Below, one piece after another: positions 56,631 to 64,000 of a DNA stretch of 64,000 nt. Numbering within the stretch: the first letter of the stretch is position 1; every line of letters begins with the position of its first letter. The notes below the pieces were generated by a model, which worked only from the letters and a program-made list of their open reading frames with translations, was not told the DNA's origin and did not search any database. The DNA lies in contig CBDBGH010000003.1 of NCBI GenBank assembly GCA_965205265.1, positions 5,399,553 to 5,463,552 on the forward strand, read 5' to 3'. Made by a program: the position numbers and the translations under genes. Source of the stretch: Alphaproteobacteria bacterium (GTDB lineage: Bacteria; Pseudomonadota; Alphaproteobacteria; Bin95).

Positions 56631-57571
56631 CCCTTCTGCCCTTTCCAGATCGAACTGTCCGCCGGCCGCAATGAAATTCCGGCCCTGAAACAGCACGCCG
56701 GCGGCCCGTTTGCGGCCGGGCCCGGTCCGCCCCACAGGGCCGCCGTACCCTTCTTCATCCGCCCCGCCGGCCACCGCTGCCGAACGCCCTGAAGGGCGCC
56801 GCCGCGACCCGGATGCCGGTCCCGGGGGCGTGTTGTTTCCGTGTTTCGAGAGCCTGCACGGCGAACACACGGTCACGCGCCCTGGCGCAAATCGCAACCA
56901 CCCTGACTGCTTTTGGCGGCAGGTGCGCGCTGGACTGCGCCCCGGTACGACGATCCGGCGAACACAAATCGGTGGCGCTCGATCCGCGTTGCGCCGGCAG
57001 GATTCTGGCGGCGCCTGTCCACTCCTGGCGGTGCCAGGCAGCGCCTGTCATCCCATGCCGCAACCCGCAGGGGACCTGCGTTCCGGTGTGTGGACCGAGA
57101 CGGGCGCGGGCCCGTCTGAGCACGATTTGCGATGTATGAGCGATGGGGGAATCGGCGCCGGCGAATACGGCGGCTCGGAGCCTCCGCGGCGCCTGATGCG
57201 GGCGGCGGTGGCGACACCACGGAGGGACGAAGTGTCGAGCGCGGCGCCGGGGGCGGTGCCGGCGGTTCCGACGGGAGCGCCGTCACGAGGATCGGCGGGA
57301 GTGCGGGGAGCGATGCAGGCGACAGCGCGCGATGGCGGCGACAGCCGCAAGGCGCTGCTGCCTTGGCCGGCGATCGGGCTGGCGGTCGCCAGCACCGACG
57401 GCGCTGCCGGAGATGCCGATCACGGTGTCGATCGCGAGCGGGGCCCCCGATCGTGGTCCGGGGCAGGGCGAAGCGCCCGTGCGGATGGCGTTGCCGCGCG
57501 AAGTGTGTGCGCAAGAAGAAGCGGACCGCGCCGCCGCCGGAGCGACGGTGCGGCCCGCGCTGCGGTGCGGC

Positions 57572-58504
57572 CTATGCACTGGCCGTCATCACGGGGATAC
57601 CGAGCTGCCTTGCCTTGTCCACGAGGTTCTCTGTGATGCCGGAGCCGGGGAAGGCGATGACGCCCCTGGGCAGGAGGTTGAGCAATTCGTCGTTGCGGCG
57701 GAAGGGCGCGGCGCGTCCGTGGCGGTCCCAGTCGGGCTTGCAGACGATCTGGTGGACGCCGTTGCGTTCGGCCCAGCGCGCGGCGATCCTCTCGACGCCG
57801 GGTCCGCCGCCGTGGACGAGCACCATATCCGCATGCTTAGCGCGGGTCCTGTCGAGCATGCGGATCACCGCGTCGGGGTTGGCGATGTCCTTGCCGCCTG
57901 CGATGGCGACGAGGGTGCCTTGCGGCAGGTGCGCCGTGGTCTCAGCCTCCTTGCGGGCGCGGATGAAGTCGCGGGCGTCGATGGCGGCGCTGGTCAGCCT
58001 GCCGGTCTGGCTGACGTGGCTGCCGCGCCGGGGCCGCCAGGTGTCGCCGGTCTCGGCGCGGTACTGTTCGGCCACCGCATCGCGCAGGGTCTCGAAGGCG
58101 TCGCGTCGGTCTCCGAGGTTCTGCGCGCGGTGGGTGACGAGTTCGAGTTCGCGGGACCTGATCTCGGTTCCGTCCTGGTCGCGCTGGAGGTCGCGGAGTT
58201 CGGGGGTGAGCCGATCGACGCTGCGGTCGATGCGCTGCGTCTGGGCGTGAAGCATGTTGACGAAGCCCCAGAGCAGGTGTTCGCGCTCGTCGGCGAGCTG
58301 TGTGCCGTCGGGGCAGACGCCTTCGCCGAGGATGCGGAAGGCTTCCTCGACGGCGGTCAGCGCATCGTCCTTGTCCCAGATGACGCGGGGGTCGAACTCG
58401 TCGCGCTCGGGTGTTGCGCTGTAGAGGGCGGCGTTGTCGCAGACGGTCGCGGTGACGGACTGTCCGTCGCTCTCGACGGTGTCGATGTTTTCGATGAGGG
58501 TCAT
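57572..58504 (-). CDS. DUF2493 (SLOG-like) domain protein
   Basis: AIAGGKD, LVHGG, AARWA, AAPFRRND, IAFPGSGITENL; RBS AAGGAG. Confidence 0.85.
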   Translation of the reverse strand: MTLIENIDTVESDGQSVTATVCDNAALYSATPERDEFDPRVIWDKDDALTAVEEAFRILGEGVCPDGTQLADEREHLLWGFVNMLHAQTQRIDRSVDRLTPELRDLQRDQDGTEIRSRELELVTHRAQNLGDRRDAFETLRDAVAEQYRAETGDTWRPRRGSHVSQTGRLTSAAIDARDFIRARKEAETTAHLPQGTLVAIAGGKDIANPDAVIRMLDRTRAKHADMVLVHGGGPGVERIAARWAERNGVHQIVCKPDWDRHGRAAPFRRNDELLNLLPRGVIAFPGSGITENLVDKARQLGIPVMTASA

Positions 58505-58941
58505 GACGATCTCCTTGACGATCGGGTTGCAGCGCTCGGGGCGGTGTGCCCCGAAGTGATGTCCTGTTGGGTCACGCGCGCGCAGCGGAAGCACCGGGTC
58601 CGGAATGAATGGCCCGGCGGGATGCGCGGGTGGTGCGGGCGCACAAGCGAGCGAAGCGAGCGCGGAGCCACGGTCGCGCATTCCGCCGGGCCTAGGCGCT
58701 TCAGCGCCGTTTCATTCCGAGTCCCGGCCGGAACGGAGCGTGAGCGGAGTGGAGGACCCCGCCGCAGGCGGGGTTGGTGCAGTGAGCCCGTGTGGCACAA
58801 TGGGACAGCACGCAGACAGGCAAATTCTCTCCCCTTGCACGGACCCGATGGGCGCTGCTGCCCGGCACGGCCTGCGGGAGCATCCCCGGGCCTGTCGGCC
58901 TGCCTTGCAAGCGGAGCGCGCAATTTGACAGCCATGGCCGG

Positions 58942-59169
58942 TCATCTCCGGAACGGATGCGAGAGGATCCGCTGCTCGGTTGCCTCGCGGATGCGGTTGC
59001 GGTCATGGACGCGGTGGGGGCCGCGCGGATCCTCGTCGAGATGGATCACGAAATACCGCGCGCCCTCGCGCAGCGGATCGTCGAGCGCGTAGATGTCGCC
59101 GACATGGTCGCCGTCGCAGTAGATGCGGGATTCGTCCGGGGCGATACGGCGGAAGGCGATGTTGCTCAT
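58942..59169 (-). CDS. Hypothetical protein, 75 aa
   Basis: MSNIAFRRIAPDESRIY...; GGAGG RBS; 4-nt overlap with the upstream gene. Confidence 0.6.
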   Translation of the reverse strand: MSNIAFRRIAPDESRIYCDGDHVGDIYALDDPLREGARYFVIHLDEDPRGPHRVHDRNRIREATEQRILSHPFRR

Positions 59170-59522
59170 GATGCGCCCCCCTCCGCCTGGCGGGCGCTGC
59201 GTTCCGCCAGCACCTGCGCCGCCCAGGCCGCCGCGCGGGCCAGCCCGTGGCCGTGACAGGGCAGCGGCGCGCACCAGCATGCGAGGCGGCGGCCATGCAG
59301 CGCGGCCAGCGCCTCCAGCTCGATCTCGCCGGCGCGGATGCGCCGCCAGAGGTCGGCGCGGTAGCGGGCGACCGCCTGCTCTCTCGAACAGGCCGGAGAG
59401 ATCCTGAACGGGTTGCCCCACTTCGTGCGGCGGTCGATCAGCACGGTGCCGTTCACGACCTGCGCATGGTCGAACTTCTCGCGCAGCTTCGGCTCGTGTC
59501 TGAGATTGATGACGGCGTCCAT
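59166..59522 (-). CDS. DUF4326-domain protein
   Basis: IDRRTKWGNPF and LACWCAPLPCHGHGL. Confidence 0.88.
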   Translation of the reverse strand: MDAVINLRHEPKLREKFDHAQVVNGTVLIDRRTKWGNPFRISPACSREQAVARYRADLWRRIRAGEIELEALAALHGRRLACWCAPLPCHGHGLARAAAWAAQVLAERSARQAEGGAS

Positions 59523-59708
59523 CGGCTCCCTCCTCTCCCTGGGCCGGCTTGCCCGGCCCCTGCCTTCCTCTTGCTCCCGCAGGGCTTTCCGGGGCATGAT
59601 CCGGGGCCGGGAGCGGGCCGCTTCACGGATTTCCTCCGGCTGAGGGAGGACGCTCCGCACGAAGCACGGGCGCATGGTCCGACCGGGAGAAGCCTCGAAA
59701 CCGGCAGC

Positions 59709-59738
59709 AAAAAAGGGGCGACCGCGCAGCGGCCGCCC
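59709..59738 (-). terminator. Rho-independent terminator after ssb
   Basis: Minus strand GGGCGGCCGC..GCGGTCGCCCC followed by a T tract. Confidence 0.7.
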
Positions 59739-59766
59739 GAGTTGGGAGATAGGAAGCGTGACCGGC

Positions 59767-60228
59767 TCAGAACGGGATGATGTCCCCGGCCTCCCCGGTG
59801 CCGTCGGCCGGCATGGCCTCGCCGTTCGCCGCCGGCTGGGCGGTCCCGGCCTGGGCGCCGTTCCCGTTCGCGCCGGCGGGCTTGTCGAGGAACTGGATCC
59901 TGTGGCCGGGCACGATCAGGATCTCGGTGGAGAAGCGGTCGGAGTCCTCGCCCTCCTTCTTCCACCGCCGGGTCTGGAGCTTGCCCTCGGCGTGGACCAG
60001 CCGGCCCTTCTTCGCATGCCGCTCCAGCATGTCGATGAGGCCGTTCTGGAAGGTCACGACCCGGTGCCACTCGGTCCGGTCGACCCGCTCGCCGGTCTGG
60101 CGGTCGAGATAGGATTCGTCGGTGGCGATGCTGAGATTGGCCACGCGGCCGCCGGAGGCGAGATGGTTGACGGTGACGTCGGCGCCGAGGCGGCCGATCA
60201 GTTCGACGCGGTTCATTCCGAAGCTCAT
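59767..60228 (-). CDS. ssb: Single-stranded DNA-binding protein
   Basis: MNRVELIGRLGAD, TEWHRVV, EGKLQTRRW; C-terminal DIIPF. Confidence 0.95.
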   Translation of the reverse strand: MSFGMNRVELIGRLGADVTVNHLASGGRVANLSIATDESYLDRQTGERVDRTEWHRVVTFQNGLIDMLERHAKKGRLVHAEGKLQTRRWKKEGEDSDRFSTEILIVPGHRIQFLDKPAGANGNGAQAGTAQPAANGEAMPADGTGEAGDIIPF

Positions 60229-60329
60229 TGCGATGCTCCTTCAGGTCTGGTTGCTGACGATGGTCGAGCGGCCGGGACCGGAGAACCCTCTCCCCGGCCC
60301 CCTGCCGCTCATCTTCTCCCCGCTTTCCT

Positions 60330-60479
60330 TCACTCTGCGTCGCGGCCGGCGAGGACCTCGCGGATGGCCCGGCTGTCGAGACCGGCCTCGGCCAGCAGTT
60401 CGTCGCAGGCCGGCGCGGCGCGTTCGGTGTCGGTTGCCGCATCGGCGTCGGTGTCGTGGAAGAACTCGGACATGGGCAT
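60330..60479 (-). CDS. Small acidic hypothetical protein, 49 aa (below the ORF-track cutoff)
   Basis: MPMSEFFHDTDADAATDTERAAPACDELLAEAGLDSRAIREVLAGRDAE*; AGGGGAG immediately upstream. Confidence 0.5.
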   Translation of the reverse strand: MPMSEFFHDTDADAATDTERAAPACDELLAEAGLDSRAIREVLAGRDAE

Positions 60480-60651
60480 CTCCCCTGGACGGCGCCCGGA
60501 CATCCGGCCGGAGAAACCACTCCCCCGGCCCTCCCGGGCGCTCGCCCCCGCGAAAGCCCTCCTTCAACTCCGGGACGCCGGCCCCGGCGGAGACAGGGTG
60601 GCGGCGCGGCAGGGAAGACACCCGCCGCGCCCGACCCGGAGGCGCGCCGGC

Positions 60652-61902
60652 TCACCAGGCCGGCGCGGTGTAGGAACTCATGGGGCTGGCGTCGCACAGC
60701 ACCTCGACCTCGTCGCGCAAGAGCTTCTCGAAGACGAGGCAGAGCGCGACATCGGCCTCGCTGTCGAACGGCCCGTGCTCGCGCCCGGTGGCGATCTCGA
60801 TCACCGTATACTGCGGGTCCCAGAACGGGATGCCGCGGAACGCGCCCGAACTCTCGCGGTGCCTGCGCGAACAGGGCTCGCAACGCGCCACGCCCGGCGA
60901 GGGCGCGTTGCAGGCGACGCAGCGGCCCCCGGCCCTCCGATCGGCATAGCGGTCGCGGCGGGCGGCGTGTTCGGCCTCGCGGTCGCGGCGCTCGGCCCTG
61001 ACGACGGCGCAGGGCGCGCAGTAAACGGCGCCATCGAAGGTGGGGGTCCGGCACTTGACGCAGACCCCGGCGGCCCGGCGGGTGTCGTAGCGGGCGCGGG
61101 CGGCGTCGCGGCAGGCCGCGCACTCGGCGGCGCCGTGGGCCGGCTTGCCGCAACTGGTGCAATCGCCCCTGGCCTTCCGTTCGGCATAGCGCCGGCGGTC
61201 GGCTTCCCACTTCGCCTTCCGGTCCCGCCGCCTGCTCCGGATCCCGGCGCAGGACGGGCAATACGCCCTGCCGTCCGGCGCGGGCGCCGCGCACCGGACG
61301 CAGAGGCGGGCGGCGCGGCGACCGTGATGGCGCTCTTTCTTGGCCTGCCGCCTGTCCTCGCGGCACGGCCCGCACATGGTCCGGCCGTCCTCGGGCGGGA
61401 CGTTGCCGCAGCGCACACAGAGCCCGGCGGCCTGGCGGGCCTCGCTGCGCCGGCGGCTGCGCTCCCGTCCGGCCCGGCGCCGGGCTTCCGGGTCGCGACC
61501 GCCATAGGGTATCCCCCGGGCCCTGGCCCGGGCGTCGCGCTCGCGGTCGCGCGCGCGATGCTTCTCCGCGCAAGGCCCGCAGGTCGTGCGGTCCGGGCGT
61601 GCCGGGGCCCGGCCGCACCTGACGCAGATGCCGGTCGCCTTCCTCTCGGCATAGAGCCTGCGGTCGCGCTCGCGCCCCTGGCGCCTTGCCCGTTCGGGGT
61701 CGCGCCGGGGTTTCCTGCCGGCCCGCAGGCGGGCGTCGCGTTCCCGGCCCGCCGCGTTCTGTTTCTCGTTGCAGGGCGCGCACAGGCGGCGCTCGGGCGC
61801 CGGCGGGCGGTCTCCGCAGCGGGGACAAAGGCCCCGGGCGGTGCGCGCGGCGGTGCGTCTGGCGACGCGCGCACGGCGGATCTCCGGATCGGCATGGGCC
61901 AT
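60652..61902 (-). CDS. Arg-rich protein with seven tandem CxxC-x(9-11)-CxxC zinc-binding repeats
   Basis: 14 CxxC motifs (GLCPRCG..CAPC, GICVRCG..CGPC, ...) separated by basic helices; RBS GAGGAGG. Confidence 0.75.
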   Translation of the reverse strand: MAHADPEIRRARVARRTAARTARGLCPRCGDRPPAPERRLCAPCNEKQNAAGRERDARLRAGRKPRRDPERARRQGRERDRRLYAERKATGICVRCGRAPARPDRTTCGPCAEKHRARDRERDARARARGIPYGGRDPEARRRAGRERSRRRSEARQAAGLCVRCGNVPPEDGRTMCGPCREDRRQAKKERHHGRRAARLCVRCAAPAPDGRAYCPSCAGIRSRRRDRKAKWEADRRRYAERKARGDCTSCGKPAHGAAECAACRDAARARYDTRRAAGVCVKCRTPTFDGAVYCAPCAVVRAERRDREAEHAARRDRYADRRAGGRCVACNAPSPGVARCEPCSRRHRESSGAFRGIPFWDPQYTVIEIATGREHGPFDSEADVALCLVFEKLLRDEVEVLCDASPMSSYTAPAW

Positions 61903-61986
61903 GCCGTCCTCCTCGGTTCGTGGAACAAGGGGAAAGGCGGACGCCCCGCCGGCGGTGGGCCGGCCGGACGTCCGGGAAGGGGGCGG

Positions 61987-62316
61987 TCAGCCCTTCTGGC
62001 GGCGGTCGATACCGAGCCCCATGGCGTAGACACCCCAGTACTGGACCCCGCCCCGGCTGCCGAGGCCGGTGCAGATGATGATCTCGTTGCGCTCGGGCCG
62101 CATCTCCCTGACCGCCTTCAGGGTCGCGGTGATCGCCCGGGCCTTGCCGCGCCTGCCGCCCTTCGGCGCGGCGTCCGGGCAGGGCCGAATGTCGCCGTTC
62201 GCGAGCGTGCGGTAGCGCTCGACCACATAGCGGTCGTCTTCGGCCAGGCCGGGTCCGAAGAAATGGGTGAGAAAGGTTGCCGCCGTGTTGCGGGGGAATG
62301 CCATCGCTGCGCTCAT
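61987..62316 (-). CDS. Hypothetical protein
   Basis: AAGGAG RBS; co-oriented with neighbouring genes. Confidence 0.55.
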   Translation of the reverse strand: MSAAMAFPRNTAATFLTHFFGPGLAEDDRYVVERYRTLANGDIRPCPDAAPKGGRRGKARAITATLKAVREMRPERNEIIICTGLGSRGGVQYWGVYAMGLGIDRRQKG

Positions 62317-62834
62317 GGTGCCGTCTCCTTCGTGCCGATGAGGGGAAACGGACGAACGCCCTCTCCCGGGCACCCGACCGCCGCCCCGCTCACGGCCAGC
62401 CTTTCCCTCCTGGCGGCGGGGCGCATGTCGCGGCCGACCGGAGTGACGGGCGAGCGGTCGCCGTCGGCGTGCGGGGCGGTCGGGAAATTGCCAGCGCAAC
62501 GGCCAGCGCCCGGCAGGGACGCTGCACCCGGCAGCGTCACGTGCCAGGGCCGAGGACATGGGGACATGACGGACCGGGAAGACGACGGCAGCTTTCGTCG
62601 GCTGACGGTGCCAGCACGGTTATTCGGAAAGATGGGTAGCGAGCAGCCGTCTGGAGAAACCGGGGCATTCCCCGTCTATTCCAGCGCCCGCCTGCGCGAG
62701 GGCATCGACACGGGTCCGGAGCGGCGCGACATCCGACAATGGCCCGATCGCCATATGGTCGAAACGGTACCGCCGGACAGCTGCGATCCACGACACACAC
62801 GGCGAGCTACAAGGGCCGCCGGGATTGCCGGGGC

Positions 62835-64000
62835 ATGAACTACCGCGCCCGGGACATCGAAAGCCAGCTGCGGGCGGGCGAAGACAGCAGCTGGGAATTC
62901 AAGCAGGTGGAATTCGCCGGGGATCGTCCGAGACGGCCGGCCCGCGGCGACTGGGCCGATGAAATCGCAGCCTTCGCCAACGCGGCCGGGGGCGTGGTGC
63001 TTGCCGGTGTTGCCGACGACGGCAGCGTCATCGGCATGTCGCGTGCGCAAATCGCCCGTCTGGACTCCCTTCTCGTGGAGGTGAGCACCGATACGATCAA
63101 GCCGCCCGTTCGCATCCGCACGCATCACCGGGAATTGTCCGACGGCAGGCTGGTGCTGCTGGCCGAAGTCCCGGAGAGCGATTCCGTCCATGAGAGCCCC
63201 GGCGGATGCTACGTCCGCGTGGGCGCCTCGAAGCGGCTCATGGGGAGCGACGAGCGGTTGCGCCTGACGCAACGGCGGTCGCAGGCGCGTTTCCTGTGGT
63301 TCGACAAGCAGCCGGTGCCGGAAACCGGTTTCCGGACGTTGACCGAGGCGCTCTGGAAACCGTTGCTCAGCGCCGAGGGCGCGGCCGAGCCCGAGGCGGC
63401 GCTCGGGAAGCTGGCGCTTCTGGCAGACGACGAGGCAGGCGCGCTTCGCGCGACGGTCGCCGGCGTGCTGTTGTGCACGCCCAGTCCGGAACGATGGCTC
63501 CCGCACGCCTGCATCACGGCGACCCGATACGACGGCGGAGACCGTGCATCGGGTCAAGTCGATGCCCGGGAGATCGCCGGGCCGCTGAACGAACAGATCG
63601 CCGGCGCCGTTGCCTTCGCTGTCAGAAACATGCGGGTCGCGGCGCGAAAGGATCCGGCCCGTTCGGATATTCCCCAGTACAGCGAAAAGGCCCTGTTCGA
63701 GGCGCTGGTCAACGCCGTCGTCCATCGCGACTACTCCATGAGAGCAAGCAGGATCCGTCTCTCGATGTTCGACGATCGGGTGGAAATCCAGTCGCCCGGT
63801 TCCCTGCCGAACAACCTGACGGTGGAGAGTATGGCGTCGCGGCAGTCGACCCGCAATGAAGCCCTCACCTCCGTATTGGCGCGGATGCCTGTCGGAGGAA
63901 CCCGGGGCGGTGAAGACAGGCGATACTACATGGAGCGCCGCGGCGACGGCGTGCCCATCATCCGCCGCGAGACCTGGGCATTGTGCGGGAAGTACCCCGA
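62835..64000 (+). CDS. AlbA_2 (Schlafen-like) plus HATPase_c_4 domain protein, runs off the window
   Basis: GEDSSWEFKQ, IAAFANAAGG..GVADDG, EALVNAVVHRDYS, VEIQSPGSLP, MERRGDG; absent from the ORF track because it has no stop in the window. Confidence 0.88.
   Translation, partial: MNYRARDIESQLRAGEDSSWEFKQVEFAGDRPRRPARGDWADEIAAFANAAGGVVLAGVADDGSVIGMSRAQIARLDSLLVEVSTDTIKPPVRIRTHHRELSDGRLVLLAEVPESDSVHESPGGCYVRVGASKRLMGSDERLRLTQRRSQARFLWFDKQPVPETGFRTLTEALWKPLLSAEGAAEPEAALGKLALLADDEAGALRATVAGVLLCTPSPERWLPHACITATRYDGGDRASGQVDAREIAGPLNEQIAGAVAFAVRNMRVAARKDPARSDIPQYSEKALFEALVNAVVHRDYSMRASRIRLSMFDDRVEIQSPGSLPNNLTVESMASRQSTRNEALTSVLARMPVGGTRGGEDRRYYMERRGDGVPIIRRETWALCGKYP

Larger units (their letters stand above)
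34702..64000. mobile_element. Integrative mobilisable element / defence island (right end beyond window; may be composite)
   Basis: Tandem integrases at the left edge, relaxase, RHH accessory, ssb, R-M, TA and CRISPR-Cas cargo; begins where the MTase breaks. Confidence 0.75.

Overview
High-GC alphaproteobacterial chromosomal segment (taxon inferred from lepA, gene content and REP-like repeats). Roughly 1-32.9 kb is mostly metabolic and transport genes: a CsgG-like lipoprotein gene split by an IS1634-family element with a ~338-bp target duplication, UbiD plus a TRAP transporter, lepA, an hmfABCD-like furoate cluster, SulP, an LLM monooxygenase, iorAB-like genes and several nested MITE/REP palindromes. 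From ~32.9 kb the window is nested mobile DNA. An IS1595 element sits in a REP arm, and its passenger DNA methyltransferase is cut off by a large integrative, mobilisable element. That element carries two tandem tyrosine integrases, a type ISP restriction-modification enzyme, vapBC, a TraD-like remnant, a MobF relaxase, a leading-region-like gene set and an AlbA_2 protein. The main highlight is a complete type II-C CRISPR-Cas9 cassette (49 repeats, 48 spacers) bracketed by a ~480-bp duplication of the relaxase 3' end. Its tracrRNA anti-repeat is split by a 32-nt two-hairpin insertion, and several spacers appear to target a hexapeptide-repeat gene. All calls were made by eye from motifs; no database searches were run.
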